A stretch of 64,000 nt of DNA from the human T2T-CHM13v2.0 reference genome, Homo sapiens (GCF_009914755.1 NC_060925.1), one strand, 5' to 3'; shown: positions 1 through 15,098, numbered from the stretch's first letter. The notes: a model not told the origin generated them from the sequence alone. Translations and numbers: made by a program.

Positions 1-1544
1 GCAGCGAGTCAGAGCCTGTGAGGGCATCCGAAGCAGTGATGCAGTGTCAACCTCCCAGCTGGTGCCACTCTGCCCTCGGGGGCTCCAAGCATTGTAACTC
101 AGTCATGGGAGCTGCCTCTTTGGAAGTGCAGATTTATTCCTGTAATAATCCTGCCTGCTTTTACCTCTCGTCCACTGACCAGCAAGTGTGAGTCCCGGTG
201 TCAGTCGGCACAGTCCAGTGTCCATCTGCATTTGCTCATGCAGAGGGGGTGAGTTGGGCACTCCCTGTTGTTGGTTTTCCTTTTGCAGCACACTGGGCAG
301 TCTCCCTATAAAACAAAAACCCCACCTTCTGTGCCTTCTGCTTTAGAGCAGAGCTCCCCCTCCCATTTCCTCAGTCTTCCCTGCAAAATCTGTCCACCGG
401 GGAAGGCAGCAGGAACCCTGGGCAGCGGGTGTTCTGGGAAGGCTAGTGACAGCAGATGTCATCCAGGAACAGCCACACACGGTTCTCCAGGCCGCCGTCA
501 GCAGCTCAAGGTGGGGTATGAGTGAGAAGCTGAGGATCTCGCAGCTTGTTGCTGAGCAAGGTGCAACCGGGCTCATGCTGTCATCAGCACAAGACGGGAT
601 GGCAAGGGCTTTCAGACGCATTTCCAAGAGTCCAGCAAGCCAGGGGGAAGATGATCCCTTTGCCGAAGTGTACCCTCTAGCCAACTTTTGGGAGCGCTTC
701 TGTTTGCAAAGCGCTGGGGATGTGCCTGTCTCTGTGTGACCCACGAACGGGAAGGGAGAGCACTGGAGTAATGACACTTCTGCTGCTGCTTTGATTCTCA
801 AGGCTGATCTTTAAAACCCTCGCCTTGCTGACAGGTGCTTTAAAGGCAGTCTGCATCTTTTCTTCCCTTGGTGTGGGAGAGGTAAACACTTTGATTTGCT
901 GAAAGCTGTATGGAGTATATTTGAACAGCTAGTAGTTAGCTTTGAAAGTGGAAGTGTGAACAGACACTACTTGTGTCGCTTTGGGTCCTTCACTTTACCC
1001 CCACAGAAGTCTAGAGGCGTCTGTTATAAAGCGTTACGGGGCGCCTGCATGCAGGAGGAAGGACCTGTATTAGCTGGAAATCATCAGGAACCCAGCTTGC
1101 CTCCATCTCTCTGAGATGTGCTGGGTACAGCCTGCCCCTCCTAGTTCTGTCCACCGGGAAGAGCCGGCTGGCGGCAGATCCCCAGGGGCAGAGCCCCTGC
1201 TGGATCCTGGGAGCTCATCTTTACCTGTGCCGGAGTGGGAACTGTGATTCCAGCCGGGCAGGTCAGAGTGGAGCAGTGCTAAGAGGCTGTTGCAGGACAA
1301 CTAGACGGGCGGGGCCTGCTGCATCTGGATCATGTTTCTGTGCTCTGCCCCGCGCTAGGGACTCAGGGTCTGGGCTTCTGCCAGGTGAGGAGCAGAGAGA
1401 CTGTTCCCTTGGGTGGAGAGGTGTGGGCATGAGAGCCACCCATTGCCAAGCAGCAAGAATGTTCGTGCTTTTTTCCAGAGAGGGGAACCCCACTGGTTTT
1501 TGTGGAAACAATGGAAACTTACAGATGCCTGCCTGGGATGATGA

Positions 1545-1866
<322 letters not shown>

Positions 1867-1933
1867 TAAACCTTTTAAGAACATTTTTAAAATGTCTTTT
1901 TCTATGTCAAATGTAACGTTTATTTTTTTAAAC

Positions 1934-1939
1934 AATAAA
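1934..1939 (+). terminator. Polyadenylation signal AATAAA (cleavage ~1950-1955)
   Basis: AACAATAAAATTG in a T/A-rich context, with upstream TGTA (~1912) and downstream TTTAATTCTTTATTTGG and GTGTGTGTTC elements. Confidence 0.75.
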
Positions 1940-4858
1940 ATTGATTTGCCAAAATCCGGGCTTTAATTCTTTATTTGGGGCATGAGGTGTAGGGGTTTGT
2001 GGGCCCCAGCGTCATGCTGTGTGTGTTCTTGGAGGAGGGGAGGGCTGCCGTGAGTGAGGGCCCTGAACCGAGGACAGCCGCGTGCCTGTTGCGAGTGTAA
2101 GTGTGTCTGACTGAGCAAGCCAGTGCATTCCGTTTGCAAGAGGGTCTGTGGGCCTCATGGGAGAGAGAGCAGTGGGCAGGATGATCTCATTTCATAGACT
2201 CCCAAGCAGTCTAGGAAGAGTCCCCCAACCTTCCCGGCAGCCCACTGGAGGGGAAGGAGCTCACCCCTGAGTGGGAGATCGGGAGGGGAGGGTCTTTGAG
2301 GACACCAGAGCCTGATGCCTTCATTTGTCTTCTCTCCTGTCCCTTGCCTGAGTCCTACCTCCAAGCTGTGTCACACTCCCAGGAATGTAAGTGTTTTGGG
2401 GAAGTCAAATAGGATTTCAGGACCACTTGAGGTACAGAAGTTAGAGATTTGCAGGTTGTCACCAACAGCATGCAGGACCCACACAGGCTTGGTGACATCA
2501 CAAGGTGGCGAAAGGAGCAGCGCACACATTCGAAATAGGTGAGCTCTGGGCAGGGACCCCATGGCAGAGGGGACAGAGACGGGTGAGACATGCCCAGAGC
2601 CTGCAAGGGAAGATGTCACGAAGGCCAGAAACCAGAGCTGCAGTGACCGTCCCTGCCTGTCCCTCAGATGGGAGGCGCGCGGGGGATCTGCTGCTTCCCG
2701 GGGGGTAGCCCAGGGCGTCCCCTCCCTGCTTCTCTGTGGTGATGGCTGCTGGTTCCACAGTCCTCACAGAAACATGGCGGGGCAGGACTGTGGGACCCAG
2801 CCAGCGTCTGTGAGGGCTGCACTGGAGGGTCACCTGGTGTCCAGCCCCCGTTTGGGGACCCTCCCATACATGTGTTCTGGGGAGTTCCGATGGCAGGCAT
2901 GGGGCGTGTGACCCAGTGCTAGCCGATCAGGACATCCAATGCCCACAGCCGCAGCAATGGGATCTGGGAGGGCTCAGGGCCCAAACTGGTCAAATCAGAG
3001 TGACCCCGAGGACTCAGGCTGAAGCGGCACCATTTCTCTGGACTCAGGCCTTGGTGAGCTGCAGCAGCCATCTCAGCGCCACGGAGGCCTAAGGACAAGG
3101 CTGGCATGGAGGAGAGGAGAGCCCCAGGATCCCACTTCGGGGGCTGTCTCTGGGACCTGATTCCAGTCTCCTGAAGTCAGCCTGCGGGCCTCGTTTCTGG
3201 GTGCCTAAACTACCTTGTAGCAGCAGAACTTAATAGATACTGGAGCTAGTAGCTTTGTTATGTATTTCCGGAAGCCCAGCAGAAACCCCACACTGACCTA
3301 AGTAAGAAGGTGATTCTCATGAACCAAGAGGACAGATCCTTCTGTTTGGGGTCAGGGTTTCAGCAGTCCAGTGTGGCAACACCAGTTGGGTGGCCCCTGC
3401 TGTGCAGCATCAGTTTCTTCTTGCTTAATTGGAACTGTTTTCCTGATAGACCATAGTTTTGGAGATGCAGGGACAGATGGAAGGGCAGGAGGGGAAGAGT
3501 TGCGCAAATCATAAAAGAAGCCGTGGTGAAGACAAGCTCAGGAGCTGCCAGCCTGAGTCCACCTTCTCCAGGGTCTCTTACAAGCTCTTTACAGACAGCC
3601 AGAGCCCGGGTGGGGTCAGCCAGCTGCCCCTCGCCACCCAGCTCCCAGCAGAAGGGGAGGGGATGCGGCTCCACCCATGCCCTCTCTTACCCCCATCTTC
3701 CCACTCACCTGTCGGGCTGAGGACCACGAAGGCAGAGACTCCATACATTCTGCTCCTTTTCGTGTTTCTGGCACTTTACACGCCGCCCTGCAGTGAATGT
3801 GTGAGTGAATGAATGAGTGAATGGCAATAATGAAAGAGAGTGGTCAGCAAGGCGGCTGGAGGGGTGGAGGCCTGAGCGGGTGTGGGGCCAGCGGTGAGCC
3901 TGGCATGTGTCATCCTCTCTAGGGGAGGGAGGGTCTAAGCACATGGGTCTCCTGTGCCCAGAGTGGGCCAGGGCCTAGGGGTGCAATGGATGTGGTCCAG
4001 CCATGGCAGGCCACCACGCTTGTTGGCACCGTGGGATAGGGCCACGCAGAAGCAGGGCAAGGTCTGACCCCCGCTCCTGACAGCTCCCACTGGCTGCTGA
4101 TGGAGAGCAAAGCCACGGTCAGCGCCCACTGCTGGACGCTGCAGCAGGGATGGCAGCCAGGGGGGCCCCCAACAGCTTAGGGCTGCTCTGTCCCCCTGGA
4201 GAGGTCTCACTACAGCCCTTTCCTTTCCCCCGTCCCCACTCACTGGCTGCGGAAACCCAGCCTCATGAGTTCTGTTTGTCTGAAGAAGCATCGTTGGGAG
4301 GAAAAATTATCAAACTAAGCTCATGCTATCAGTCAGGCCCTCCTCCTACTCCGTATGTCTTTATTTTTTTACTGAAAAAAATAAAATACAGTAAGCACTC
4401 GGATGAGAATATTAATCCATGGAGATTGCCCCCTTCAGCATTCACTGTATGAGGCCTTTTTATATTTGCTTTTTTAAAAGAAAAAAATATATATATTTTT
4501 TGATGGCAAAAACCTGGACACACATATTTTTGTAAAAATCACACATGCTTGTTACAAATGCATTGAAACAGTGCAGAAAAGTACACAAATGTGTGTAAAG
4601 AAAATCACTGTCGTCCAGCCCTCCAGAAACGAACAACAGTAACAACGGGTGCACATCCTTCAAGACACGGATGCAAATAGAAGATTCAAAATATTTCGTA
4701 AAAATGGGATCCTCCTCTTGATGCTAATTTTAATCTTAATACTTAATAAATAATAGTGCATTAATAATTTTACTAGAAACTGAAGGAATTTCATTCCATT
4801 CAGAAATATATTTTGTCACACAATCAATATCATTTCCCAAAAGGTCTCTTTAACATTA

Positions 4859-5164
<306 letters not shown>

Positions 5165-5231
5165 GTAGTTTATGGAAAAACATTAAGTCTGAAGTCCTTA
5201 ATGAATTTTAATGTGATTTTTAACTCCCTGA

Positions 5232-5632
<401 letters not shown>

Positions 5633-6269
5633 CCAACTCTGGATTTTTGTAGGCACATTATTTTTTCTTGCTATTCTCCAGGATCCTTCATTGTTCCTTC
5701 CTTGTTGGCTCTGTCCGACTTGCCTCCTGTGTGCTCCCACCTGGCTGCCTCCCACTTCTAATGCCCAAACTCCAGGCACCGTCTGCTGTCCGGGAGGATG
5801 GAGGTATGACCACGTCTCATTTGTCTTCCTGCTTGTGGAGCACCCTTCTTCTCTGTGTCCTTCTCTTACTGGGGCCAGGGCTGCCGCATATTCTGGCCGT
5901 GTCCATCTGTCCCTCACGCATGTGGACAGGCAGGCTGACCACACAGCCTTGCACCGCCCAGCACGCGGGGCTCAGGTCCTAACAACTGCTGACTGCTGGC
6001 TCAGGGCTGGGCACTGTTCCAGGGGATACCAAGGAACCAAGACCCCGTCTTCCTGGGCCGTATGCTTTTTGTTCTCTTGAGTCTTGCATTGCTCCCTTAT
6101 TTGGGGTTCACCCATCCATCTTCAAAAGAGTCTTCCTTACCCTCTGCTGCCCCTGCCAGCTCTCACCATTTTAACCCAAAGACTTTAAAGACGATAAAGG
6201 CACTATCTCGAAGGCCACCACTGCCCTCCTGCAGGACAAATGCACAGCTTGGAGGTTGCCACCGCAAGA

Positions 6270-6364
6270 GGGTAAGAGGCCACCACCCCCACAACAGCTG
6301 ACTTATAGCTCGGGTAAGAGGCCACCACCCCCACAACAGCTGACTCACAGCTCGGGTAAGAGGC
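6270..6364. repeat. 42-bp tandem duplication (~2.3 copies)
   Basis: GGGTAAGAGGCCACCACCCCCACAACAGCTGACT(TAT/CAC)AGCTC x2 plus GGGTAAGAGGC. Confidence 0.9.
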
Positions 6365-6979
6365 TCCCAGTTTGCAGATGCGAAACCAAGGCTTGAAGTC
6401 ACCTATCTTGCCCGAGATGACAGCTGGCAAGTGGCAACGCTGCTAGAGTCTGCCCGAGCCCTTAGTGCACTCCCGTAACCAGCAGGTCACACTAGGAGCA
6501 GCTACTCCAGGGAGAGGAAGAGCTGACACTGGGCAAACCCGCAGCTCCAGCCACCAGCAGCCGACCCATTGCCAGACACTGTGTTACATCTCCAGTCTGT
6601 ATCAGGCCCCCAGGGCCCCCAGGTCAGGACTCCAACCAAGATTGGGATCCAGTTTGCTCAGCTCTGGCTTCTCCATGGGGAAGTGTCTTCCTACTGAGCC
6701 ACAGCAGAGAACATCATTCACTTGGGGCAGGAGTTGTCACCAAGGCCTGCTGGCTGCCACCAAATCTAGGAGACTAGAACAATGTCTGCCAATCCTGAGA
6801 GCAGGTCCAGAGGGGTAACTTTTATCTTTATTGCCTGGGCTGCTCTATCGTCCTCTTCCTTTATTCTCTTTGTGAATTTAATTATGGGGGGCACATAGCC
6901 GAGGTTTGTCTGCCTTCTCACTTCTACCCCAAAGGGAAGGCAGTTTGTTAAGGGTGAATTTTCTCCCCTTGGATTTCTA

Positions 6980-7446
<467 letters not shown>

Positions 7447-7698
7447 TCACAATAACAGCCAATGGCCTAAAAAAGAAAGGAAGGGAGGGTTTAGAAGACT
7501 CTCGAGATAGCCCAGGCACAGGTGGAGGCCCAGAAAAGCTTTAGGTCAGGAGAAAGGCGTAAACCCCAGGTCACTTGCTATGTAGGCAGCTGCAGGGATG
7601 CAGGGCACCCACAGTGAGAGAGAGAGAAAAGGCTGCCCTGGGCTGGAGGCCACAACACCAGACCCCGAAATCCTCCTTTAAGAGGTCTTGAGCCCCTG

Positions 7699-8688
<990 letters not shown>

Positions 8689-8789
8689 GCCTGGTTCTAA
8701 ACTCTCCCTCTCCAAGCCACTAGATTTCCATGCCACACCTCACTTTGATCCTGAATTTGGGCCATCACTTGCTATATTTCCCAGGACTC

Positions 8790-8960
8790 CTTTGGTTGCA
8801 AGGGACAGCAACCCAACTCGAACTAAATTTAAAAATGAAAAAATAAAAATAAAAGGAAATGTCCTGGCCCTTCTCCTTGGAAGGCCCCAGGGGTGGAAAC
8901 AGCTTCAGCAGAGCTGGGTCCAGGGACGTTAAGCAACGTCGCCAGGAAACTGTGAGTTCA
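8790..8960 (-). mobile_element. Old MLT1 (J/K/L-like) LTR fragment
   Basis: TTTGGTTGCAAGGGACAGCAACCCAACTCGAACT...AAAGGAAATGTCCTGGC...GCTGGGTCCAGGGAC resembles the MLT1K/L end. Confidence 0.5.
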
Positions 8961-8977
8961 GCTCCCTTTGCATTCAC

Positions 8978-9161
8978 GTTGCCAGATTGAGCAAGTCAAT
9001 CTTCAAGATGCCTAGTTAAGTTTGAATTTCAGATAAAGAACAAATACAGTTTTAATATAAGTATGTCCCTTGCAACATTTGAGACATACTTATACTAAAA
9101 GTTATCTGCTGTTTATTTGAAATCCAAATGTGCCTAGGTGTCCTCTGTTTTATCTGGCAGC
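8978..9161. mobile_element. MER53 palindromic MITE (DNA transposon)
   Basis: Ends GTTGCCAGA...TCTGGCAGC; internal TTTGAATTTCAGATAAA / TTTATTTGAAATCCAAA and TATAAGTATGTCCC / GAGACATACTTATA inverted arms. Confidence 0.85.
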
Positions 9162-10385
9162 TCCACCGTCTGTATCGGCCATTTTCTTGCCTCCTGCATT
9201 TGGCTTTTCTTGTAAGGGAAAACGGCTCCAAGTAGCTCTCAGTGTCTTGATGGCCCAAGATGCCAGAGGAAGGGAGGCCATCGAGCTGCATGGCTGCACC
9301 TTGTACATCCTAGGGAGGCCCTGGCTGGGTCTGTCGTGGATGCCGTGGCTGCAGCATTGGGAAGCCCCTGGGGTGCCTTCTCACTTCCCCCAACACCAGC
9401 AGCCTCCTCCCTCCTCCACCAATTCTTGGGTAGGACTGGTTGAGAGTTTCTCAGTCTTTGTCAAGGGCTGTGCCAAGGCAGTTTCAAGCCTGGCTGTGCT
9501 CTCTCTTCCAATCGGATTCTGCCCAGAGCCCCTCCCCATGGGGATTCTGGTAGGGTTCACGTCTGAATCGATCACTTGCTGGATTGGGATGGGGGCCGGT
9601 TGTCCATCCCTGGAGTGTTGCACAGCCCTGGGTGGGATGCTCCCAGAAGGAAATGCTGAGCACAGAACCACACATATCTGTGCAGGGGCTGGAGGTGAAA
9701 GTTCCAAGGGATCCCGGAACTTGTCACTAAGCGTCTACCAGGCCATAGAAATCAGGACAGCCTAGTGAACAGAAAAAACAACTTTAGCAGTTGTGATTCC
9801 ATGTTCCAGGGAAGGGAATATCCACCCAAAAGTTTTTCTAATCATAAAGTTATTTCAGAAGCAAGTCATGCCCCAAGAAAACCACACCGAGGGGTGTGTT
9901 TATAACCAGAGCCTTACAGGCAGTTGGCTCCAACGCCCACCTGCATTGGAGAGCAAAGTTCACAGGAGACTGAGGTGGGAGGGGAAGAAGCCTCTTCCTG
10001 CTCTGAGAATCCGCATGGGTCGCAGTGCTTCCCTTCCTCAGCTCCCCCACCGCAGGCTGCTAAAATGACCCCGAGTGCCTCAGAAATCTCAGGGCCACCG
10101 CAGCCTCTCCCCTCTCAGCCATGGTTCGATTCCTCATAAATATTAAGACTTCATGTGCTCCTGCGTGGATTTTCACCAAGTCCTAAAATGCAGTGTAGAC
10201 GCTCCAGGGAAGAGGAAGCAAGTGACATTCCTGGCCCGCTCTTACGCCACGAGCTCTGCAGACGCCGAAAGGTTGCTCACAGGAGGCGGAAAGTGCCAGG
10301 GGTTGGGCCTGAGGTCATGCAGAGGCCAACTGTGGGCCGGGGTCCCAGCGGCAGCCTCCCCACCGAGGGCTGTGTTGAACCCTGG

Positions 10386-10449
10386 AGAGAGAGGGCGAGA
10401 GAGAGAGAGCGAGAGAGAGAGAGAGAGAGACAAAGCGAGCGAGAGAGAA
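10386..10449. repeat. (GA)n microsatellite
   Basis: Interrupted GAGAGA run. Confidence 0.9.
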
Positions 10450-10978
10450 AGCTAGCATGAAGGCTTGTTGGAGGCCTGACTCCCCAAGGCCAGACCCTAA
10501 GGCCTTGAAGGTCAGCCAAGAAGTTGACCAAGCCAAGAAGTCCTGAGACTTGGAGCCACAGGGCCAGTGGGGCACCATCTCCCCAGAACAAAAACTGTAC
10601 CCCAAGAATTGAAGGGAAATATTATTTTTACTCTGAAACGTTCTGGAGCAGAATGCAAAATTCCATCCCTTTCAAATAGAAAACACAAGCTATTCACACT
10701 TGAGGTGGGTGAGGGTGCTTTTGGGGAAAAGTTTGAGAGTCGCGTCCTGGGCACTGGGCAATCATCAGAGGGTGTCTCCCTCGGGAGGGGTCCAGTCAGG
10801 CCTGGCTTCACGGGGATGGTCAGTGAGGCAGGGCTGGGCGATGGGCGCCGGCTCCTCCTGGAGTCAACCTTTCATTCATTCATTCATTCAGCAAATGGCA
10901 GTCGTGGGGTAGGCAGCCATGCACATGGCAGTCAAGGCCCTCCCTTTCCATTCCAGACTGTGATTGATCCGTGCTCCC

Positions 10979-11064
10979 CTCCCCGCCCCGACCCCACTCC
11001 CCGCCCCGCCCCCACTCCCCGCCCCGCCCCCACTCCCCGCCCCGCCCCCACTCCCCGCCCCGCC
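10979..11064. repeat. 18-bp C-rich minisatellite (CCCCGCCCCGCCCCCACT)n, ~4.5 copies
   Basis: Directly visible tandem units; each carries GC boxes (GGGGCGGGG on the - strand). Confidence 0.95.
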
Positions 11065-12014
11065 GCTGGCAGCGGGCAAGGACCCACGACTCATCCCATG
11101 GCCTCCCTCTGGGTAAGTGCTTGTCGACTGAGTCAACGACTGAATCAGCCGCGGTTGTCAGGGCTCAGCTGGACTGAGCGCTGCTGCCTGTGGGCGTTTC
11201 CTCCTCATGTGTTTTTTATCAGCAGCAGCGGCTGCAGGGTCCCCGTGCTCAGGGGTTGCCTCTGTCGTGCTCACTCTGCCCCGCGCTCTGTCCACACCCC
11301 TGCTCCATCCAACTCGCAGATGGAGCGGTTTCCTTTGAGCCCCAGTCCTGTCCAAACACACATGGGTGCTGGGCTTTCCCTGTGGCACATTTTCTACCCT
11401 CTGTAGGCAGGAAAGAGCAAGCACATGGAGGCAGCCCTGTTGTCCTTGGCCTTTCCAGGACACCTGGGAGGAGACAGCACCCTGTGAGGCTAAGAGCTGG
11501 ACTCTGGAGTCAGAAAGGTCTGAGTTCAAATCCCACCCCTGCTGCTGAGAGAGTGGCACAGGGCAGTTTCACCACTGTGAGCTTGTTCCTCCTCTGTGAA
11601 CTGAATAATAAACCCTGCTTTCCAGAAAAGAGGCGCACAGAGAGGACTTTATCATAGGGCCCACGATGAGCTCCCGGGGTCCGAGCGAGAGACCCGCAGC
11701 ACCACTTGGTGGGGGCAGGGCCGTGTGTCTGCATGTGCACCTGTTCATCTGCCCACCGCAGGCTCTCACATACCAGGGCTTTGTCTTCTGCAAGGATGAC
11801 CAAGACATGGCCCTGCACTCAGGAAATGACAGGCAAGGAGCGTTCTCAGGGGTGGCAGATGTAGCGAGAGCACTTGGGTCGGAGCCACAGGGCTCTGGGC
11901 AGAGACTGCGGTTCCGTGTTGGGGGAAGGAGGTTAGGGAGTCAGGAAAGATCTCCATCATGTGGGGGCCTTGAATTAGAAGTTCAGCAAGTGCCACAGAC
12001 TGATTTCACATCCC

Positions 12015-12090
12015 ACCACAAGTATTTATTGAGCACCTATTGTGTAATAGGCACTGTGCCTGGTGCTGGGATACACGGGGTGGTAGCACA
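12015..12090 (-). mobile_element. L2 3'-end fragment
   Basis: CAAGTATTTATTGAGCACCTATTGTGT...GGCACTGTGCCTGGTGCTGGG signature. Confidence 0.65.
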
Positions 12091-13052
12091 AAGGAAGACA
12101 CTGCCCAGGGCTCCTGGCCTGGCGGGGACACAGACAAGGGCCCAAGGGATGGCAGCCCCAAGGGGCAGGGCCAAGCTGGGCCATGCGGAGGGTGCCGTGG
12201 GACTGCCTGGCAGGAGCATCTGTCCACCCTGGGGATCAGTGCAGAACGTGATTCCATCCTGATGGAAAAGACGTTTCGGCTGGGAGCAGAAAGATGAGGA
12301 AAGCGCTGCTGTGTGGCATGGGGCCAGCTGCTTCCCCTCCCTGAGCCTCGGTCTCCTCACCCACAAGCGGAGGGACTTGGAGCTCTGCTCTCTCAGGTTC
12401 TGGTGGCTCTGATGGGATGTGACACCCATGACATTCCCAGGAGCTGAGAGGATCTCCTGCTACTTGATAACCTGGAAGGCCCGTGAAAGCTTAGGGCTCT
12501 GTCAATGTAGGAATCAAGGCTGTGGAGGCAGATTAGCAGCAGTCCAGCCCCGAGCTGGGACCTGCTCAGCACGCCTCCTCTGCACTGGCATTGCCTGCAT
12601 GTCCAGGTCCTGCCACAACTGCACACTCCACCTCCCAGCTCGAGCCCCGGGGCCCTCTGAGAGGAGGCAGAGCTTCTCTCTTGGTCTTTGCTGCAGCTCT
12701 GCACCCTCCCCAGCCGGCCCAGGAGCCAGATGGGACCCGGCCGAGCTGCAGAACACCGTGCACCTTCCTGCAGTCCTCAGCCTGGGACCTGAGGAGCACA
12801 GGCTGATGGCCTGATGCGGCTTCCAGACAGAGCTCAGCCCACTCTTGGGAGGTGCCAGCTGCCTGGGTGGTCTGGTATCGGAATGAAATCCAGAGGCCAG
12901 AAGGAGCCCAGGGTTCAAATTGCCACCAATTTCCTGAAAGTTCCTCTAGAGCTCCGGGCAAACCCACCAGTTGATTGCGGAAAATAACAGACCCCTCACT
13001 TAAAACCAGATGTCAGCATCTGTCTTGAACCAGCCCAGGGAGAGACAGAGGC

Positions 13053-13442
13053 CCCTGCTCCCTCCTTTTCCTCCTCCTCCTCTCCCTCTTTTTCCTCCTC
13101 TTCCTCCCCCTCCTCCTTGTCTCCTCCTCCCCCTCCTCCTTGTCTCCTCCTCCCTCTCCCCCTTCCCCCTCCCCCCTCCCCCTTCCCCTCCCCCTCCTTG
13201 TCCTCCTCCTCCTCCCCCTCCTCTTCCCCCTCCTCCCCCTCCTCTTCCCCCTCCTCCCCCTCCTCTTCCCCCTCCTCCCCGTCCTCTTCCCCCTCCTCCC
13301 CCTCCTCCCCCTCCTCTTCCCCCTCCTCCCCCTCATCTTCCTCCTCCTCCCCCTCCTCTTCCCCCTCCTCCCCCCCCTCCTCCTCCCCCTTCCCCCTCCT
13401 CCTTCCCCCTCCCCTCCTTGTCCTCCTCCTCTCCCCCTTCCA
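13053..13442. repeat. Polypyrimidine/polypurine low-complexity tract (CCT/CCCCTCCT units)
   Basis: ~390 bp almost entirely C/T on the + strand; produces the poly-Pro/Glu/Ser pseudo-ORFs. Confidence 0.95.
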
Positions 13443-13886
13443 ACTCTGCAACCAGGTCAACCACAACCTCTGGCCACACAACAGACCCTCTGCAAAGGAA
13501 ACAACTTAGCTGGCACCTAAAAATATTGACTTGTGTTTTTCTTTAAATAGAAAGGAAACTCAGCTCACTCCACCCCAGTGCTCCTCTTTCTGGATTCGAG
13601 TGGGCACCCTGGGACCTCACCCAGACTCAGCCGCCCCCTCACTGAGCCACCTCGGTTTGGAGGGATGGAGCCATTCAGGATGGAGGAGGGAGTGGGGCTT
13701 GCCTGCTCCTGAGAAAGGTCTCCTGGGGCAGGGTGGGAGTGGGGCTGACTAGATATCTCAAAGCCCCATTCATCCAGAGAGGGATGGCCTTTGATCAAGG
13801 AATGGGGTGTCTCTGTGGCACACATAAATCGGAGGATGAGGTGGTCACAGTTACCAGATGATCCATAAAGCAAGAAGAGTGACAGG

Positions 13887-14160
13887 GGCCAGGCACAGTG
13901 GCTCATGCCTGGAATCCCAACAGTTTGGTAGGCCAAGGCTGAAGGATCACTTGAAGCCAGGAGTTTGAAACCAGCCTGAGCAACATAGAAAGACCCTGTC
14001 TCTACAAAAAAAAAAAAGCTAGCTGGGCATTGTGGCATGTGCCTGTAGTCTACAGGCACTAACTGGGAGGCTGAGGTGGGAGGATCACTTGAGGCTGCAG
14101 TGAGCTAGGATCATGCCACTGCACTGCAGCCTGACTCTAAAAAAAAAAAAAAGAAAAGAA
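13887..14160 (+). mobile_element. AluJ-type SINE with internal deletions
   Basis: GGCCAGGCACAGTGGCTCATGCC...GAGGATCACTTGAGGCTGCAGTGAGC...A-tail. Confidence 0.9.
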
Positions 14161-14727
14161 AAGGAAGGGGGTGACAGGGAGGCTCTGATGCCTCAAGCAG
14201 CCAGGCCTCACCCAGATCTCCTGGGCTTACTGAGCTTACCCCGCCCCAGATCCCCACTTGGGCCTGTCTGAAAAGCAAGTTGGTGGACAGTGGCTAGGGC
14301 AGGAGCATCTCCTTCTGGGTTGGGTGCCAAGGCTGTAAGCTCTGTCTGAGAGTAGAGGCCCCTGGGCCGGGTGGCTCTACTCCTGCATCTGTGGCTGGCC
14401 TCATGAGGGCCCTTGAGCTCACACAGGCCCCTGCAGCCGGGAGCCCCTGCTTGATAATGAGGCACAGCCATGCGATGGGAACTAGGGAGAGACCCTGATG
14501 CGCTGATGGAAGCCATCTCCAAGTAAGGCTGTTGGGGGAAAGAGGAAAGAGGGAGCCCCGTGTGTGGTGTGCGGTACCCACCTTGGAGAGCACAGATGGG
14601 TCTGAAAGCTCTGGGCGACGCCCAGGAAGCTGACCAGTGGGTGACTACTGGAGAGGGGAATGGGGATTCCTTTTACTGTCGGAATCCCCTTTTCTCGATT
14701 TGGTTTGCGTTTTCATCCAATAATGCA

Positions 14728-15098
14728 TGCTGCTCAGTTCTGAATGTTTGTGTTCCCCCCAACCCCTAAATTCCTCTGCTGAAATCCTAACCCCCAAGGT
14801 GGTGGTATTAGGAGGTAGGAGCTTTGGGAGGTGATGAGGTCATGACGGTGGAGCCCTTAGGATGAGATTTAGTGCTCTTGCGAACGTGGCCCCAGGGAGC
14901 TCCCTTACTCCTCCACCACGCGGGGTCACACAAAAAGAAGCCAGCCCTCAGGGAACACCAAATCTGCCAGCACCTTCATCTTGGACTTCCCAGCCTCCAG
15001 AACTGTGAGAAATAAAATTTCTGTTGTATATTTCTCTTTTGCTTATAAGCTACCCAGTTTACAGTACTTTGTTACAGCAGCCTGGATGGACTAAGACA
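14728..15098 (+). mobile_element. MLT1A-type (MaLR) solo LTR
   Basis: CTGAATGTTTGTGTTCCCC...GTATTAGGAGGT...CCAGCCTCCAGAACTGTGAGAAATAAA...GGACTAAGACA. Confidence 0.85.

Noticed and set aside
10567-11406. 279-aa ORF with PTPRPA repeats
   Set aside because: Non-ATG start, spans a minisatellite, no homology recognised.
12996-13546. Poly-Pro (formin-like), poly-Glu and Arg-rich ORFs
   Set aside because: Translations of the C/T simple repeat, open in most frames.
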